Counted from the stretch's first letter, positions 24,240 through 38,697 are shown. The stretch is DNA of 64,000 bases from Hypanus sabinus (GCF_030144855.1 NC_082722.1:20398001-20462000), one strand, 5' to 3'. Numbers and translations are program-made. The notes: a model not told the origin generated them from the sequence alone.

Positions 24240-24990
24240 CAGTAGGACAACAGATTCTGCAATTTCTGGAAATCCAGAGCAGCACACACAAGGGGAACTC
24301 AGTTGACCAGGCAAGATACATGGAAATTAATGAAAGGTCAACTTTTCGGTCCGAGTCCCTTCATTAGGATTGGAAAGGAGAAGGGATGATTGCAGAATAA
24401 AAACGCGGTGAAAAGAAAGACTAATTAGAAGGTGATTGGTGAAACTAGGTTGAGTGGTGGTTGGGAGATTGGGAGAGAGAAGCGTGTGCAGTTGGGCGGT
24501 GGGATGACTTAAGAAGCTGGGAGGTAAGAGGTTGAAAATGCAAAGAGCTGGAGAATAAAGAGACTGTTAGGAAAGGAGAGTAGACTACGGGAGGAAGGAA
24601 GGAAGTGGGACAGAAGGGAAACTTATCGGCAGGAGAGCTAAAAAGAGGACAGAGGTGGGAACAGAAAAGAGACGTGGGAGAAAAAATACCTGAAGGTGAA
24701 GTCGATGCTCATGTCCACGGGTTGGAAGATACCTAGACTGAATCCGAGGTGTTGGTCGCTCACTCTCCGAGTAGCCTCATGTAGGCGTCAGAAGAGGACA
24801 TGAATCGTCTTGTCGGAAACTGAATGGATAGAATCGAAATAATTGGCCACGCATTTTAGGATCAAATGTAGGTGCTTGAAAAAGTGGTGTCCAGGTTACG
24901 ATGTGTCACATGTTTCCAGAGGAGGCAGCATCGGTAGCTCTGGCTTCAAAATTCTGCCTCAGCCGATTCGCAGGTGAAATGTTGCCTCAC
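24240..24990 (-). mobile_element. Penelope-like GIY-YIG fragment
   Basis: Homologous to 3890-4610. Confidence 0.7.
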
Positions 24991-27900
24991 CGTTCGTGGC
25001 ACTGAATGAGGATGATGAAGCTATAATTTTTAAGTTGTCTTCTTTCCATTTAGATTTATATTTTTGATTTGATACAAACAGACGTCTTTAACGATTTTAG
25101 TACAAGTTTGACAACACTTACAAGGTACTTACATAGATATGTCAGTCTAGAATCTAGCTTGCATGTGAAATTAATTAAATAAATAACAGCATTTTATTCA
25201 TAGAACTGCCACTTCTTTGTTTCACTGTGCGATCTGACGTCAATATCCGACCACATTTTATTATTGTCTGCCTTAAATGGATATAAACCACAATCATTCT
25301 CCAAATAGTCGCTCATGATGTAACCGTCCACGATTGGAAGGCTATCAGCAATCGACACGCTTCAAGATTAAAACTTAAAACTCTGTTTTATTTAACTTTG
25401 TGATGAAGCTTCTCATTTTTCTCTTTCCGGAATGCATATGCCGTTGAATCGAAACACCGATATCGCAGAAAAACATTAGAAACGTTTAGTTGCGAGGAAG
25501 CGGCTTTGAAGTCACTTTATTAAAAAAAAAACATTGTCTGTAACCTGAACGTCGAGCTTTAAAAAAGAGCGAACTGACAGGAAATCGAATTTTGAAACGC
25601 GTGTAAACTTTAACAACAAAAACTTTCCATGATATCAACAGCGGGCTAGATGGTATATTTCTATTCTCTGCTATGAACGAGGAGTTTGTTGTAGATCTAC
25701 AGTTGAAAGAAAACATTGAATGCTGGAGTGCATCATGGAAGTGGGCTCTTCCAACCGCTTGATCCATTGAGAAATAAATATTTACGTAGCCGTTCTTATA
25801 CCTGCCTCAAGCACGGTACCAGTTTCTTTAACATATACCTACCGATCAGTCTGAAAACTATGCCGTGCCCAGTTCCCCCTTAAATAATTTCCCTCTCAGT
25901 TCACAACTATGTCTTGTAGATTTGGATTCCCTATCTTAAGAAATTGGCTATGAACGTCTGGCATATTAATGTCAGTAACAATTGTTTTTTTTTCAAATTC
26001 ATAGGTTGATGCCTCAGTCACCTGTACTCCAAAGTAAACAGTCCATGTCTATCCAATCTCTCCGTGCCACTAAATCCTTCCACCCCAGGTAATGTCCCAT
26101 TATAATATCTTTTGCAATCGTCCGAACTCTACTACGTGCTATCTGCGGTGACCAGAATAACACACGTCACTCCATGACCGGTCTAGCCATTGTCCATTGT
26201 TACAACATGCCCCAGCTCCTGTCAATATTCTGCCAAGAGGGCAATGCTAAACGCCTCTTATCTGGAACCTTGTTACATGCATCCTAAAACCCCTTTGTGC
26301 ATCAACTCTTCTAATATCCCTACAGTATAGCCAGTCAGTACAAATGGCAGAACAAATAATAAGCACAATAGATTCTGTAATCTTGTGTAACAAACTCAAA
26401 ATGCTGGAGGAACTCAGCAGGTCAAGCGCCATCTCTGACAGGGGCTCGCAATCTCTATTAATGGTGGGAGTCTATGTCATAAAAATGTTGCAAACCCCTG
26501 CTGTGTCGAGACGTATAACAAAGTTTACTTCAAAGTTTCGGGTCGTGACCCTTCGTCAGTCTTCGTAGAAGATATGCCCTTGATTAGGCTGGTTGCTTTT
26601 CTTAGCGGGATGGAAGCAACTTTACGTACTTAATTTTTAACAGCAGCAAAGACCAACAATTGCTCCAAGCAAGATACTTTGCCATGTCTTGTAAAGGATT
26701 ATGTACGGATTGGCGATTTATTAACAATGCTCTACCGAGTCCTGAGCTGACGTTACAAATTTTAACAGTATTGTAACTTGAAACACTGACAATGTAAGTA
26801 CGTTGAAGCTCCAAAATGTTACGCAGTAATGATTGTGGTATGTTTATTATTTTGAAAACATATGAATTATATGTAATAACAAAATTAATTGCAGAGTATT
26901 TCATAATTATATTTACATAGATTTTAAAATTATATTTACAACGTGTGCGGGAGTGCTTCAGTTGCCACGCGGGGGCGCAACCGCTCAGATCAGAGGGGAC
27001 AGTGATGGCAAGTGTATACAGACTACATAGATGGGAGGTTGGTTTCCTGATGATGTGAACTGTGTCATTCTTGATGTCTTATGCATCCTCCAACTGTCAA
27101 AATTTTCTGTATTATAGTTGATTCGAAAATTACATATTACTTTGTATCATGGTAGAGCTTAACCTTGCTGTACAAAAAAATTACGTTGTGTTCATTGCAG
27201 ACGAATATAACACCACTCTGGAGAAAACTTTTTCATATAGAACAGTCGATAGAAATTCGTCCACAGGCGGAGGTAATACTTCAGTTGGGAAAAAATAACG
27301 CCTCTCATCATGCAGAAAGTTGTATGCTGTGAATAATAAAAAAAATTAATCTTTCATTAGTACGTTCCATCCACAAGGTTAAAGTACAAAGATGGCCACT
27401 GGGAACTTATTGTCCTCCCAACTGCATTCCGATTTGGAAATATAGTACGGACTCTGCTTAGATCACTTATTTCTTGTTTTCTTCTTGTAATATTGCTATC
27501 GAGTCACTTAGTTATTTGGACGAAAAATTATAATATTTATTACACATCATTCTTTGACCTGAACTTTTGCCTCCTTTTGAGTCAATTAAATTAATTAACA
27601 CTTAAGACATTGATAGAGTTACAGGTGAGAGAACAGTAAGCAAACATTTCTAAATAATGTTGACTAAAATGTGTAATATTCATGCGTGAATGGGCGCTAC
27701 AATAGGCATACATATTGAAATGCACATTTATTGTAGCCACTGCTTCTAAAATTTGTTTTTCCATAGAATGGATTAAGAAACAATAGCCAGAAGAGTGTTT
27801 GACAATGTCGTGCAATCACACGCTTGTCTATCATTTTTAGAAAGCTCTATTCATTTTGCAAGCACGGTATTCTACATTGCTGGCAACCAATTCTGCTGGG

Positions 27901-28150
27901 TTATAACAACGGCGAAGTGTGCTGGCAATGAACACTTTATGAAACGCATTTTAGAAAATATTAATATCACTTCACATTTGCTTGCTGAATTGGTCTGCTT
28001 TTGTGACTTTGCGATTCAAGGAAGTGACAACCGGCTGTTTGAGTGTTTTCTTCTCAGCGGATGAGAAATGAATAAGCAAGATAGGAGTACAAAAATCCTG
28101 TCAATTAATAATAAGATATGACATTCGGCACTTCTACTTGAATGTAAAAA
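24300..28150. repeat. Older direct segmental duplication of about 3890-7960
   Basis: Colinear shared blocks (Penelope-like, catttagattta block, CR1, palindromic element, acactgacaatgtaag block, ctgtcaaaattt block), clearly more diverged. Confidence 0.75.
25800..26570 (-). mobile_element. CR1 3' fragment plus short palindromic element
   Basis: Homologous to 5520-6350; acaaactcaaaatgctggaggaactcagcaggtcaagc terminus. Confidence 0.65.
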
Positions 28151-28289
28151 TAGAAACAGTATTTATGAGGGGAATGGTCGAAGTGGTTTGTGATGCAAAT
28201 GATTCGCGATGGGAAATCTACCCATCCAGTCGTCATTCAGGCAAATATTCAAGCAGCAAATGGACAGAAGGGGTCATAGGTAGGCGAGT

Positions 28290-31200
28290 AAGAACATGAA
28301 GCTCAAGCCAATCAGCCATAAGACTATAACACCATAAGATATAGGAGCAGATTATGGCCATTTTGACGATGGGATCTGCTCCACCATTTATTGCTGTGAC
28401 CGTAAGACCATAAGACACAGGAGCAGAAGTAGACTATTCAGTTCATCGAGTCTCCTCCGTCTTACAATCATGAGCTAATGCAGTTCTTCCGGTCATCCCC
28501 ACTCCCCTGTTTTCTCCCCATACCTTTGAAGCCCTGGCTAATCAAGAACCTGCTTGTCTCTGTTTTAGGTACACCCGATCACTAGGACTCCACAGCCAAT
28601 CGTGGTAACAAATTCGACAGTTATACCACCCGCTGACTGAAGTAATTTATCCTCATCTCAGTTCTACCTGGACGTACTTCAATCCTGAAGTCGTGAACTC
28701 GTGTACTAGAGTCCCCTAGCATGAGAAATAACATTGCCATATCGAATCTGTTCAAGCCTTTAACATCCGGATTGTTTCTTTGAGATATCCCGCATTCTCC
28801 TGAGCTCCAGAGAATACAGCCCAAGAACTGCCAATCGTTCCTCATGCGGTACCCCTTTCATTCCTGGAATCATTCTTGTGAATTTTCTCTGCACCATCTC
28901 CAATGTCAGTATATCCCTTTGAAAATAAGGAGCCCAAAACTGTATACGGTACTCCGTCTGGTCCCACGAGTGCCTTTTAGAGCCCCAAAATCAGATCCCT
29001 GTTCTTATATTCTCTACCTCCAGAAATGAATGTCAGCATTGTGTTCGCCTTCTTCACAACCGATTCAACCTGGAGGTTAACCGTTAGGGTATCTTGTACA
29101 AGGACTCCCAAGTTCATTTACATCTCTGCATTTTGAGATATCTCAATCTAAATTCTAGTCTGCCTGTTTAATTCTTTCCCCAATGTGCATGACCATGAAC
29201 TTTCCAACATCATATTTCATTTGCCCCTTCATTGGCTATTCACCTAAACTATCCAAGTCTGTCTGCAGGCTCTGTTTCTTGAATACTATCTGCTCCTCCA
29301 CCTACCTTTGTATCATCGGCATATTTAGCCACAAATCTGTTAATACAGTAGTCCAAATCATTGACATACATCGGAAAAAGCAGCAGTCCCCACACTAAAG
29401 CCTGTGGTAGACAACGTCTATTGGATCTACGCTACTTGTAATTTCTTCAAAGAATTGCAGCAGGTTTGTCAGGCAGGATTTTCCTTTCAGGGTACCATGC
29501 TGACTTTGGCCCATCCTGTCTTGCACCTCCAGGTACTCCGCAATCTCATTTCTAAAGAACGATTCCAACCACATCGCAGCCGCTGATATTGGCTAACAGG
29601 TCTATAGTTTCCTTTCTGCTGTCTCCCACCCTTTTTAAATAGAGGAGTAACCTTTACAATTTTCTAGTTCTCCGGTACAATGCTAGAATCTGTGGATTCT
29701 TGAAAGATCATTGTTAATGCCTCCAGAATGCCCGTAGCTACTTCCTTCCTGTGTGTGCATTATATCAGGTCCAGCAGAATTATCCACCATCAGTCCATTA
29801 AGCTTCCTGAGCACACTCTCAGGGCTGCACACAACTGTCATTAGGGTATTTTTACCTTTGCTATTTCTCAACTGAATCCATAGAGTCTCAACACCTTCCA
29901 ATCCTATGTCATCCCTTTATAAAGATTTGACTTGATTTCTTATACTCAGAGCCATAACACCCACTCTGCCTACTAACCTATTTTTCTGATACACCGTGTA
30001 ACCCAAGACTTCAGGCTCCCAATGGCAGCCATCATTTAGCTAATTTTCAGCGATGGACACAACGTGATATTTGCCAACCTGTAGCTGAATTTCAAGATCG
30101 TCCATTTTATTATTTATGCTGCGTGTATTCAAATGTAACACTTTCAGTCCCTTATGTGTTGTTTACTGCTTTAACTACACCTCGCCTCTATCGCCCCATG
30201 CCAGGGGCTGTAATTAAGTCTCATCTCCTGCCTGTTCTTTCCATATTCTGTGGCACTATCTTTGATTTATTTCTGTTCTCCTGTTCCTCGACGCTATCAG
30301 TCCGTTTCCCAACCCCCGGTCAAATTATTTTAAACGCTTTCAGACAGCTCTATTAAATATGCCTGCTGCTACATTGGATGCCTTTGGGTTCTGTAGTCCG
30401 TCCTCTTCGTACGGGTCATACTTCCCCAGAAGACGCCCCAATGTTTCAGGAATCTGAAGCCCCGCTGCATACATCAGCCTCTCAGCCACACATTAATACG
30501 ACTGAACATGCTATTCTTGCACTCGCTAGCATGTAGCACAGGTAGCAATACTGAGATCACTGCCTTAGAGGTCCTGCCTTTCAGCTTCCTTCCTAAGTCC
30601 CTGAATTCGCTCTTCTGTACCTCCTCCCTTTTTCTACCTACGTCATTCGTACCAATGTGTACCGGAACATCTGGATGTTCACAATCTGCCTTCACAATAC
30701 TTCGCTCTCGATCCTAGCCATTCCATACCCTGGCACATGGGAGGCAACAATCCATGCAGGTACCTTTATCAGGCTGACAGAACCTCCTATCTATTCCCTC
30801 GCTATGGAAACTCCTATTATTACTGCATTCCTCATCTTCATCTTTCACTTCTGCTCAATGGATCCAGGCATTATACCGCAGATGCGATCGCCGAGGTCAA
30901 TCCTCTGTCAAGTCATACCCCACCACTGCTTCGAAACCGAGGTAACGATTTCCGACAGGGATAGTCACAGGGGTGCTCTCTGCTTTCTGAGCTGTTCCCT
31001 CCGCTTCTCCTACCATGCAGCCTCGGGGAGACTAACTGCACGTTGCTCCTCTCTATCTCCTGTTCACGCTCCCTAATAAGCTGCAGAATCAGTTCGCTAA
31101 TACGGTCTGTCAGGAGCTGTACCGCGGTGCACCTGGCGTCGATGTTGCGTTCTGGGAGACTGAAGGATTCCCGGGATTCCCACATCTAACACTCAGGGCA

Positions 31201-31400
31201 AAAGACTGAGCCTAGCAACGCGCTCTCTATTCCTCTAAAATTGAGCAGAAAAAATAAAAAAAAAATCCACCTACTCGCTGAAGCCCGTTTTCGCAGAAAC
31301 CTGAACGAGCCAAAGCCTGTCACTCCTACTCTCGCAACTGACCTCCTGCCGACAATTTCCTCTCCGCTTAACCATTCTGCGTTTTTACTTAGTTCGTCGA
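28290..31400 (-). mobile_element. CR1 LINE spanning ORF1 to 3' tail, with internal deletions
   Basis: ORF1 N-terminus MWESRESFSLPE..DARCTAVQLLTDRISEL, SGNH esterase VHIGTNDVGRKREEV..SEFRDLGRKLKGRTSKAVIS, endonuclease ETLWIQLRN.KGK.TL, (ataagacc)n tail at about 28315-28420. Confidence 0.9.
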
Positions 31401-31767
31401 GCTCAGTTGCCACAGCTGATAGGCCCCGGACAATGGAAGAAAGCCCGCGAAGCTCTCGTTTTAAATAAGTGAGCTATCAGTACTGCATTTAAGCAAGAAT
31501 TTGTTACCGGACTACTGAAAAGTGGCCAATGCGTATTCATTTAAGAAGCCCCGCAAGTACATGTGACAAGCCAAATATCGGTGCTGGGAAAGATACTGGG
31601 ATGAAGGACAGAATCTATCACAATCTGGAAAGGTGATGAGTAGAAAAGTGTCCGTAAGCAGGGATTGCCATGGGGAATCCACTCTCACAAACTTGAATCA
31701 GTTGTTTTGAAGAGTTCTGCAGAAAATTGCTGAGAGCAGGACAGTGGATTATATCTTAATTGAATTT

Positions 31768-32592
31768 TGCACGATCCCGTATAATAGAGTTTATTACTCT
31801 TTTCAAGGAGAACCGTGACGCAAGGAAAGAACAGGGAAATCAAGTAGAGCAAAGAGGAAACGAGGATAGGCGTAATGGACGAGGGCTCAGTCCTGGGAAA
31901 AGGCTGGGACTCATGGTCAAGTGGTCAGGACTTGGAGATCGGGAATCTGAGCCAGAACTCGGAACAAAGACTTTAGACTTGGAGGAACGAGGAACGCACC
32001 GGCCAGGACGTGGCGACGAGGAACGCCCCGGCCAGGACTTGGACACTTGGGAGGATAAACGGCCAGGACATAATACTCAAAAACAGGACATGATACGCTG
32101 AGCCGGGACTCCGAATTAAGACACCAACCATGGAGCCGGGACTGCGTCTTCAAGGGACAGGCCAGGGATACGGAGTCCATACAACGACAGTCCAATCGAA
32201 TAGCGGCACACGGTCTGCCTACTGAACTGGATATACGACGCCAAAACATCGGACGGGACTATCACTGAACCCAAGTTTGTTCCTAGCTGTGGGAGCACTT
32301 AACTCATCCTGGCGGGTTAAACTTGCCCGGACCCACTCTCGCAAGGGAAGGCCGATTGCTGGACTTGCTGCGGAAGGAGTATTGGATTGCTCCGGCAAGA
32401 AACATAGCTGGATCCGGCTAAATGACTTTGACTCGCGGTAGGTACGGTGACTTCGCTAATGCTCCATAACGCTCTCGCCCGGAACGACTAAAGCCAGAGG
32501 CTTATAAACTGCCGGTTCGGTCGCGAGTAAATTACCTTAATCACCAAGCTCGAGGGATACGTGAAACAGGGAATTAAAGGTTCGGATCATAA
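31768..32592. mobile_element. Probable solo LTR
   Basis: GC-richer 825-bp insert splitting an old CR1. Begins TG, ends CATAACA, has internal ccggccaggac repeats and no ORF. No TSD could be seen. Confidence 0.5.
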
Positions 32593-32759
32593 CACAACTA
32601 AGATAAATTCAAAGGGAAACTGAACCGGACCATGGAAATACGTATATTAAATAGATGTAAAACGTGTAAAATCAGGAATAACATATATTTTAAAACTGGT
32701 AGTTTTCACGGATTCAATGACCATTTAGGAATCCCGATCGCGGAGGGAAAGAAACATTT

Positions 32760-33470
32760 CATGAATTGCTGAGTGTGTGCCTTCCCGCTCCTGTACCTCC
32801 TACTTGCTGGTAACCCTGAGAAAAGGACATGCCCTGGGTGCTGCACGCCCTTAATAATGGACGCTGCTTTCTGAGATACCACCCCTTCAACATGTCCCGA
32901 GTACTTTGTAGGCTTATACCCAATATCGATACGACTAAAACTAAGACAACCTGCATTCTTTTTCTGGCCTCCGCAGTAGCCTCGCCTCCACCGCCCACCT
33001 CCCCATACCAGACACTAACACAGCATGTCAGAATGCTCTCCACAGTACAACCATAGAAGATTTTGAGTGTACTTGTTGACACCCCACATCTCTTCAAACA
33101 CGTAACGAAGGATAGTCGCTGCCTCCCCTTCTTCATAGCTGCATCGATTTATTGGGTCTCGGTTATATCCTCGGAGAGCTTAACACCCAGGGGGTAAAAC
33201 GTGATCATTCTCTCCACTTTCGATCCCTCTTTGAGGATTGGTGTACATTCCTTCGTCTAACCCTTCCTGAAGTCCACAAGCGTCGCTTTCGTGTTACTGA
33301 CGTTGAGGGCAAATTGGCACTTCATGTTCAATTGTGCAACTCGTTGGGAGAACAGTATGTTGTGCATTCGTTGGTGAAAAGTATGCTGTGCATTTTGATC
33401 GCCCGGAATAGAAAAGATGCGATGAAGCTCAACAAGTCTGTTAGTAGGACAGCGTGCTTCTAACTGTAGG
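32760..33470 (-). mobile_element. Rex1/Babar-type LINE 3' fragment
   Basis: LNVSNTKATLVDFRK and LKIFYGCTVESILTCCVSVWYG motifs. Confidence 0.8.
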
Positions 33471-33489
33471 AAGCGACTGGGGTTATTCA

Positions 33490-33800
33490 TTCCTAGAGCA
33501 CAGGTGGTTGCGTGGTCACCATTTACATGTAATGTCAGAAAGGGTAGGCAGGGGTTTGGTCACAGTCGTTTACCCAGGTTCGGTTGAGCAAAAATGAGAA
33601 TATATTGATTACAGGCGGGAGAGAAAGTATTTAAAAGAGATTTAGGGGAAGTTTTTCAACGAAAGAGGTTTGGTAAATGGAACAGAGTTCCAGACGAATC
33701 TGTAGAACTGGCTACGATTACAACGTGTGAAGTACATTTGGATTGGCCCATGGCTGGAAAAGTTTATTGCGGTGATATCAAAACGCAGCCAAGTGAGACC
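33490..33800 (+). mobile_element. CR1 3' fragment
   Basis: ttaaaagagatttaggggaagttttt...tggaacagagttcc corresponds to the CR1 C-terminus. Confidence 0.65.
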
Positions 33801-35689
33801 ATCTGGGGTTTTCAATAGTCCAATGTTTTAATAGTTCCAATTTATTATCAGAGAATGCATACAATATACAACATGACATTCGTGGCCTTCTCAGCCATCA
33901 TGAAAGCAGAGGAGTACCCCAAACAGTTAATGACAGCAGACACGTTAGAAATGTGACCACAAACTTTAGAAAACGTTAGAACGTTCTGGGTAGCCTTCTC
34001 CACACCCTCTCAGGGACAAGTACAACTCTCTCCCCCCACTGTTGTTACAACCCCTGCGAGCAAACATTTGCAAAGACCCCAAGAGAGACGATGATTTGCT
34101 GAACAGAAAAAAAAATAACCGCCATGCAAACGAATTCAACATGCCCCATCTCCCTCAGTCCCTAATAAAGGGACTGAGAGGTATCACATCGCGCGAGAAG
34201 GGAACAATAAAATTAAAAAATCGCTTTGCATTACCGTGTTCAAGTCTGCTGCGTCGCTCTTTTTCGAGTTCTCTAACTCGATAACCGGCAGTAAACTCTC
34301 CCCCAGCAACGAGAGAAACTTTGCGTGTGTGTCTGACTGCGTGAGAGAGAGTGGGAGTGAGCCAGAGAAAGAGGAAGAGAGAGAGAGAGAGAGAGATTCT
34401 CCATTAAGTAAGTAGAGTGGAAACACCCATGAAATCAAATTGAGTGCGAAAATACCTGTCTGGAGTTCAGAACTGCAAGGTATGTTCTCCGACTGGAAGG
34501 GAATGACGGGAATCATATTCGAGGGGAAACTAACTACAGATACCTTATCAATTTCAAATGCACTTTAGAAATGTTGAACATATTATTTTTAATTCAACAG
34601 TAGCTTGTTAATTGAAACTTGTACTGAAAAATTTATTTAGCTCTTTGAAAGTACTTATAACAAAGGAAAACATATATTTAGATGTTGGGATGAAAGATTT
34701 GGGAAGCTTCAAATGTAGCAAAAAATATATATAATTACCCGTTTATCTCGGTTTCGAATTGACAGTCCGAATTAACACTGGAGATTACTGAACTAATTTT
34801 CTCAACATTCGTATGGGACTCTTGACATAAGCGCACGAATTATGTAATATTATTCATGTGCATGGTTTTCTCACATATAATCAAAATATTTTCTTAGCCA
34901 TCGGGATCGTTGATATAGTTAAAGCGTTTTTTTTTTTTGCAAACATCTTAGAATTACTGTAAATTCCAAGATACTTTCGGTTATAACGTAAAAAGGTTCT
35001 CGGGAGAATCAAGGGTGAGAAACTGAGTGAAAGCCTTAGATTTATAACCTTTCATCGGGTTACCGATCAGAAAGATCTGTTCTGTTTCTCTCTCCATCAA
35101 ATTCAGGCAGAGAAGTGTTCTCACGAGAAGGCGTTGCGAATATTCGAACACCGCCCGATCTATATTTCCCTCGGTTGAACATTGATATAAGTGTGCAAGA
35201 ATAGAGTTTTATTCGGCGGGTTTTCCCTGTCAGAAAAAAAAATCCTCTCCGATGGTGGCGAATCTCTAGATTTATTTTCCGTCCTGTAAGATCAGTTGGG
35301 GCAAAGCTATTGGGAGACGTTTAAGGGGAGATAAGCGTTTTTTTTTCTTCAAATGATCAGGTCTGTTCAGTAGACATGAAGAGGAGATTACGACTGAGCA
35401 TAACTGAAATCATCAGCTTGAATGACTGGGCAGTAGGCAGGGCCGGAAATATTTATCGCTGTTCTTTTCTTAATTTTCTATCTTTGTTTTTATTTTTTGA
35501 CAACTGCCTCTGATGAATCGGGAAAACGTCGAAAACAAAATGATCATTTATCTAACCAATTATTACATGTGACATTAATCATCAACTTTTGAAGGATGCA
35601 AGAAACTGAACGTAGCGATGCTCTGGCCTCCAATCATTGATAATATATGGCTAGGAACTGCAATTGGATTCTCAGCTTCACAGCTCCTC

Positions 35690-35809
35690 TCATGTGTTTA
35701 CATCTGCGTACAATGTCTGTTTGCTTTGATGTTTCGATGACTGTGCATAATTCGAATCGGGAATCTGCAGAGCGGCATAAGTCAGTTTGACAGCTCCAGT
35801 TCCTTTAGT
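35690..35809 (-). CDS. Gene B terminal double-ITIM exon (open)
   Basis: Acceptor ttactttcacag; phase-0 TKGTGAVKLTYAALQIPDSNYAQSSKHQSKQTLYADVNT*. Confidence 0.88.
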   Translation of the reverse strand, partial: TKGTGAVKLTYAALQIPDSNYAQSSKHQSKQTLYADVNT

Positions 35810-36559
35810 CTGTGAAAGTAATCCAAATTCAACCATTCGTCGAGCATTTAGTGGCTGATTGAATCACACGATCGAAAAATAAATTAGAGATGTACTGATC
35901 AGTAATGAATTTTACGTTGCTTATGCAACACAATTATGTCAACGCCATTTCAACATGTCCCTTAATGCTTTATATATTAGCGTTTTTTTTCTTTACTTAA
36001 AATAACTTTAACAAAATCAACTTACAAGACTAGAGAAATCCTTGAAGTAGCAGATATGGTACAAAACAATTGGCTAACATAGTATAATCACATTTCTTTG
36101 TCACTTGTGACTGACTGCCGCATCCTGATTCATTTATGGAGCTCATAGGTGTTTGCTCAGCCGCACCTGCCAACACAGCTCCAAATGCACATGGACATCG
36201 TTGTCAGTGGACAGCACAAAACTGATGGAATAAACGTTAGCACTTTGTTCAGTCAGGCTCTCTAATTACAGTTTTGTCACAATTTGGTATTACAGGGTTT
36301 TCAGTTCTCCTCGGTTATTATCAGACACGTGTTTATTATGGAACTGAAGATGGGCGTTGGGACCGATGGCATTCCCAGTCTCGTGGTTTTTGGCGTTTCC
36401 TCATGTGCAAATTATATGTGAAATTAAATTTGTAAAAGCAAAGAAAAAGTAATTTCCAGAGATTCTTCAGATGCTGCATTTCATGAAGAAAGCAAACAAA
36501 ATACTGAAAGGAATTCATTAGGTAAGGCAACTTGCAAATGATAAATAAACTGTCGATTG

Positions 36560-36850
36560 TCTCGGGCAGAGACGCTTTATCAGGACTGGAAAAGAGGGAT
36601 TAGAATCCAGAATATAAAGGTGTGAACTGGGTGCGGGAAAGTTAGCAGGTGACAGGTGAAACTAGGTGAGTGCAAAGGTATGTGGATCACTGCGTGGGAA
36701 TGACGTAAGAATTGGAAGGTGTCGGGTGCAAAAGGTAATCGGTTTATGAAGCAGTCGGTTACGGGAGGACCGTGGACCCTGCAAAATGGAAGGAGGAAGA
36801 GCACGGGGAAGGAAGGCAGCCTGATGGGCAGATGACGACAGGGGAAATGG
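36560..36850 (-). mobile_element. Penelope-like 3' fragment
   Basis: Purine-rich block homologous to the other copies. Confidence 0.6.
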
Positions 36851-36899
36851 TGGACACTATTACTGTCTGTAAACCGAGTAACAGCTGTTTTGTGCTGCT

Positions 36900-37800
36900 C
36901 CTAGTTTTGCTCCTTCCTCCCTAGTTCAAACTTCGAATGCAAAAAAAAAAAAATCCTGATTCTTGATGGGGACAATATATCTTTGAGGAGTCGGAAGACA
37001 TTGTCTGAACCTGGTGATAAATGCAGCGGAAAAGGGAAGATGCAAAAGGAAAGATCTGATGAAATGCCGTCGTGGGCGGAGAATATGGTTCGAATAGTAA
37101 TTTTAATTGAAGACCTAATGGAAAAGAATAGTAATAAAATGATGTTAGTTAAAGGAAATCTTAAAGATCTGGAAACTCAAGTTGTTACAAATGAACAGCA
37201 ATTGAAGGTAACTAAGCAAAAATTGTTTGAAACTACATCTTGTCCGGAAAGATATCGAACCAAGATTGTAGACATGGTCGAAGGTCTCTTCGAAGGAATA
37301 TACCTATTGTTGTGCTGCAGGCAGGAATCGAAAATGGAGACCTAACTGTGTACTTTGGTAAGCTCTTTCATACCTTATTTCCTGCTATAATATCGCAGCG
37401 TCCTAGCTTCACAGATTGTTTGCTTCGAGACACCAGGATAAGCCACGTTGTACTGTAGTCTGTTTTCATCATTTTATGATTCGGGATCAAATAATGCGCA
37501 GGCAAGAAAGCAGAGAGTTTTCAGATTTGAGAATACTGAGCTCCCTTTATATGAAGATTATCCGAAGGACGGAATGGAGCAAACATCAAAATTTGCTCTC
37601 ATAATGAAACAGTCACATGAAAAGAAATTGCCTCCTTCTTTGCGTCACCCAAAAAGAATGAAAAATTTTCCTCCTGACTCTTCTCCAAGTACTTATTTTG
37701 TGTTTAAAACGGCACTGGCGTTTGTTCAAACCATACCTGCTGTAACTGCCTATTGAAATGTCTGGAAGGTTATTTGGATATTTGCATTAATATTTCCGAA
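36900..37800 (+). mobile_element. L1-type ORF1 remnant
   Basis: Coiled coil, then GIENGDLTVYFGKLF..LFP, VVCFHHF..RDQIMR, LYEDY...KFALIMKQ; frameshifted. Confidence 0.75.
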
Positions 37801-38046
37801 AGAAGATTTATGACGGCTGATTTATGAAGATCAGGAGACTTGTACATTATTGCAGATCATCGGTCTGATTGGAAAGAAGATTTATGGTTCATTTATGATT
37901 GTTTAATTTGTTATTCGGACATTCGATTGAGAAAAAGAAGATAAGAGGACTTATTCCTTTAACCTAACATCTAGTTAGAATTTTTTTTTCTTTTGTTTCT
38001 TTCTTAATTACCTAACTGCTAGTTTTTCCTACTAATGCAGCTATTT

Positions 38047-38048
<2 letters not shown>

Positions 38049-38092
<44 letters not shown>
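38049..38092. repeat. (TA)n microsatellite
   Basis: Direct read. Confidence 0.97.
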
Positions 38093-38093
<1 letters not shown>

Positions 38094-38695
38094 TTAGATA
38101 TCATATTTGGTTTCTCTAGGTAATATATTTTAGATCTTAATTACTGTTTATTTTTAAAGTTTTTTCAATATATTAGTATGTTGTTTTGTGTAATAGAACA
38201 TAATAGTGCCTTATATCTGAATTTAAAGCTTTTTTAAGAAATCTGATGTTGAATTTAAGATGGCACTGATATTTCTTTTTAAGAGCTATAAATATTTTTG
38301 ATTTTCTCGGTAAAAAAAATAAATATAAACATAGGATAGTTTGTAGATGCCGGAACGTAAAAACTTTTTTTATTGATACGCTTTTGCTTCTTTTACAAGC
38401 TCAGTAGAATTTTTTTTTAAACTAGGGTGTGAGGTAGAGAATCTTTTTAAATTCTCTGTGGACAGACAGAGCAGTCTCGGATTCGTTTTTCCATCAAAGG
38501 GCGCTTGTTTTTTTTTCTGAGCGGTGGAGGAGGATGTGGGGTTAGAGTTAGAGTTAGGGAGTTTTTCCCATTGGGTGGTTCCGGAGCATGGTAACATATT
38601 TCACTAAAAGGAGATTAGACATGACGCACTTTATATTTTGTTACAGTGTCAATGGTATGCACAAGTTTGTAAAATTAACTTCCTCTTGGATGATG

Positions 38696-38697
<2 letters not shown>

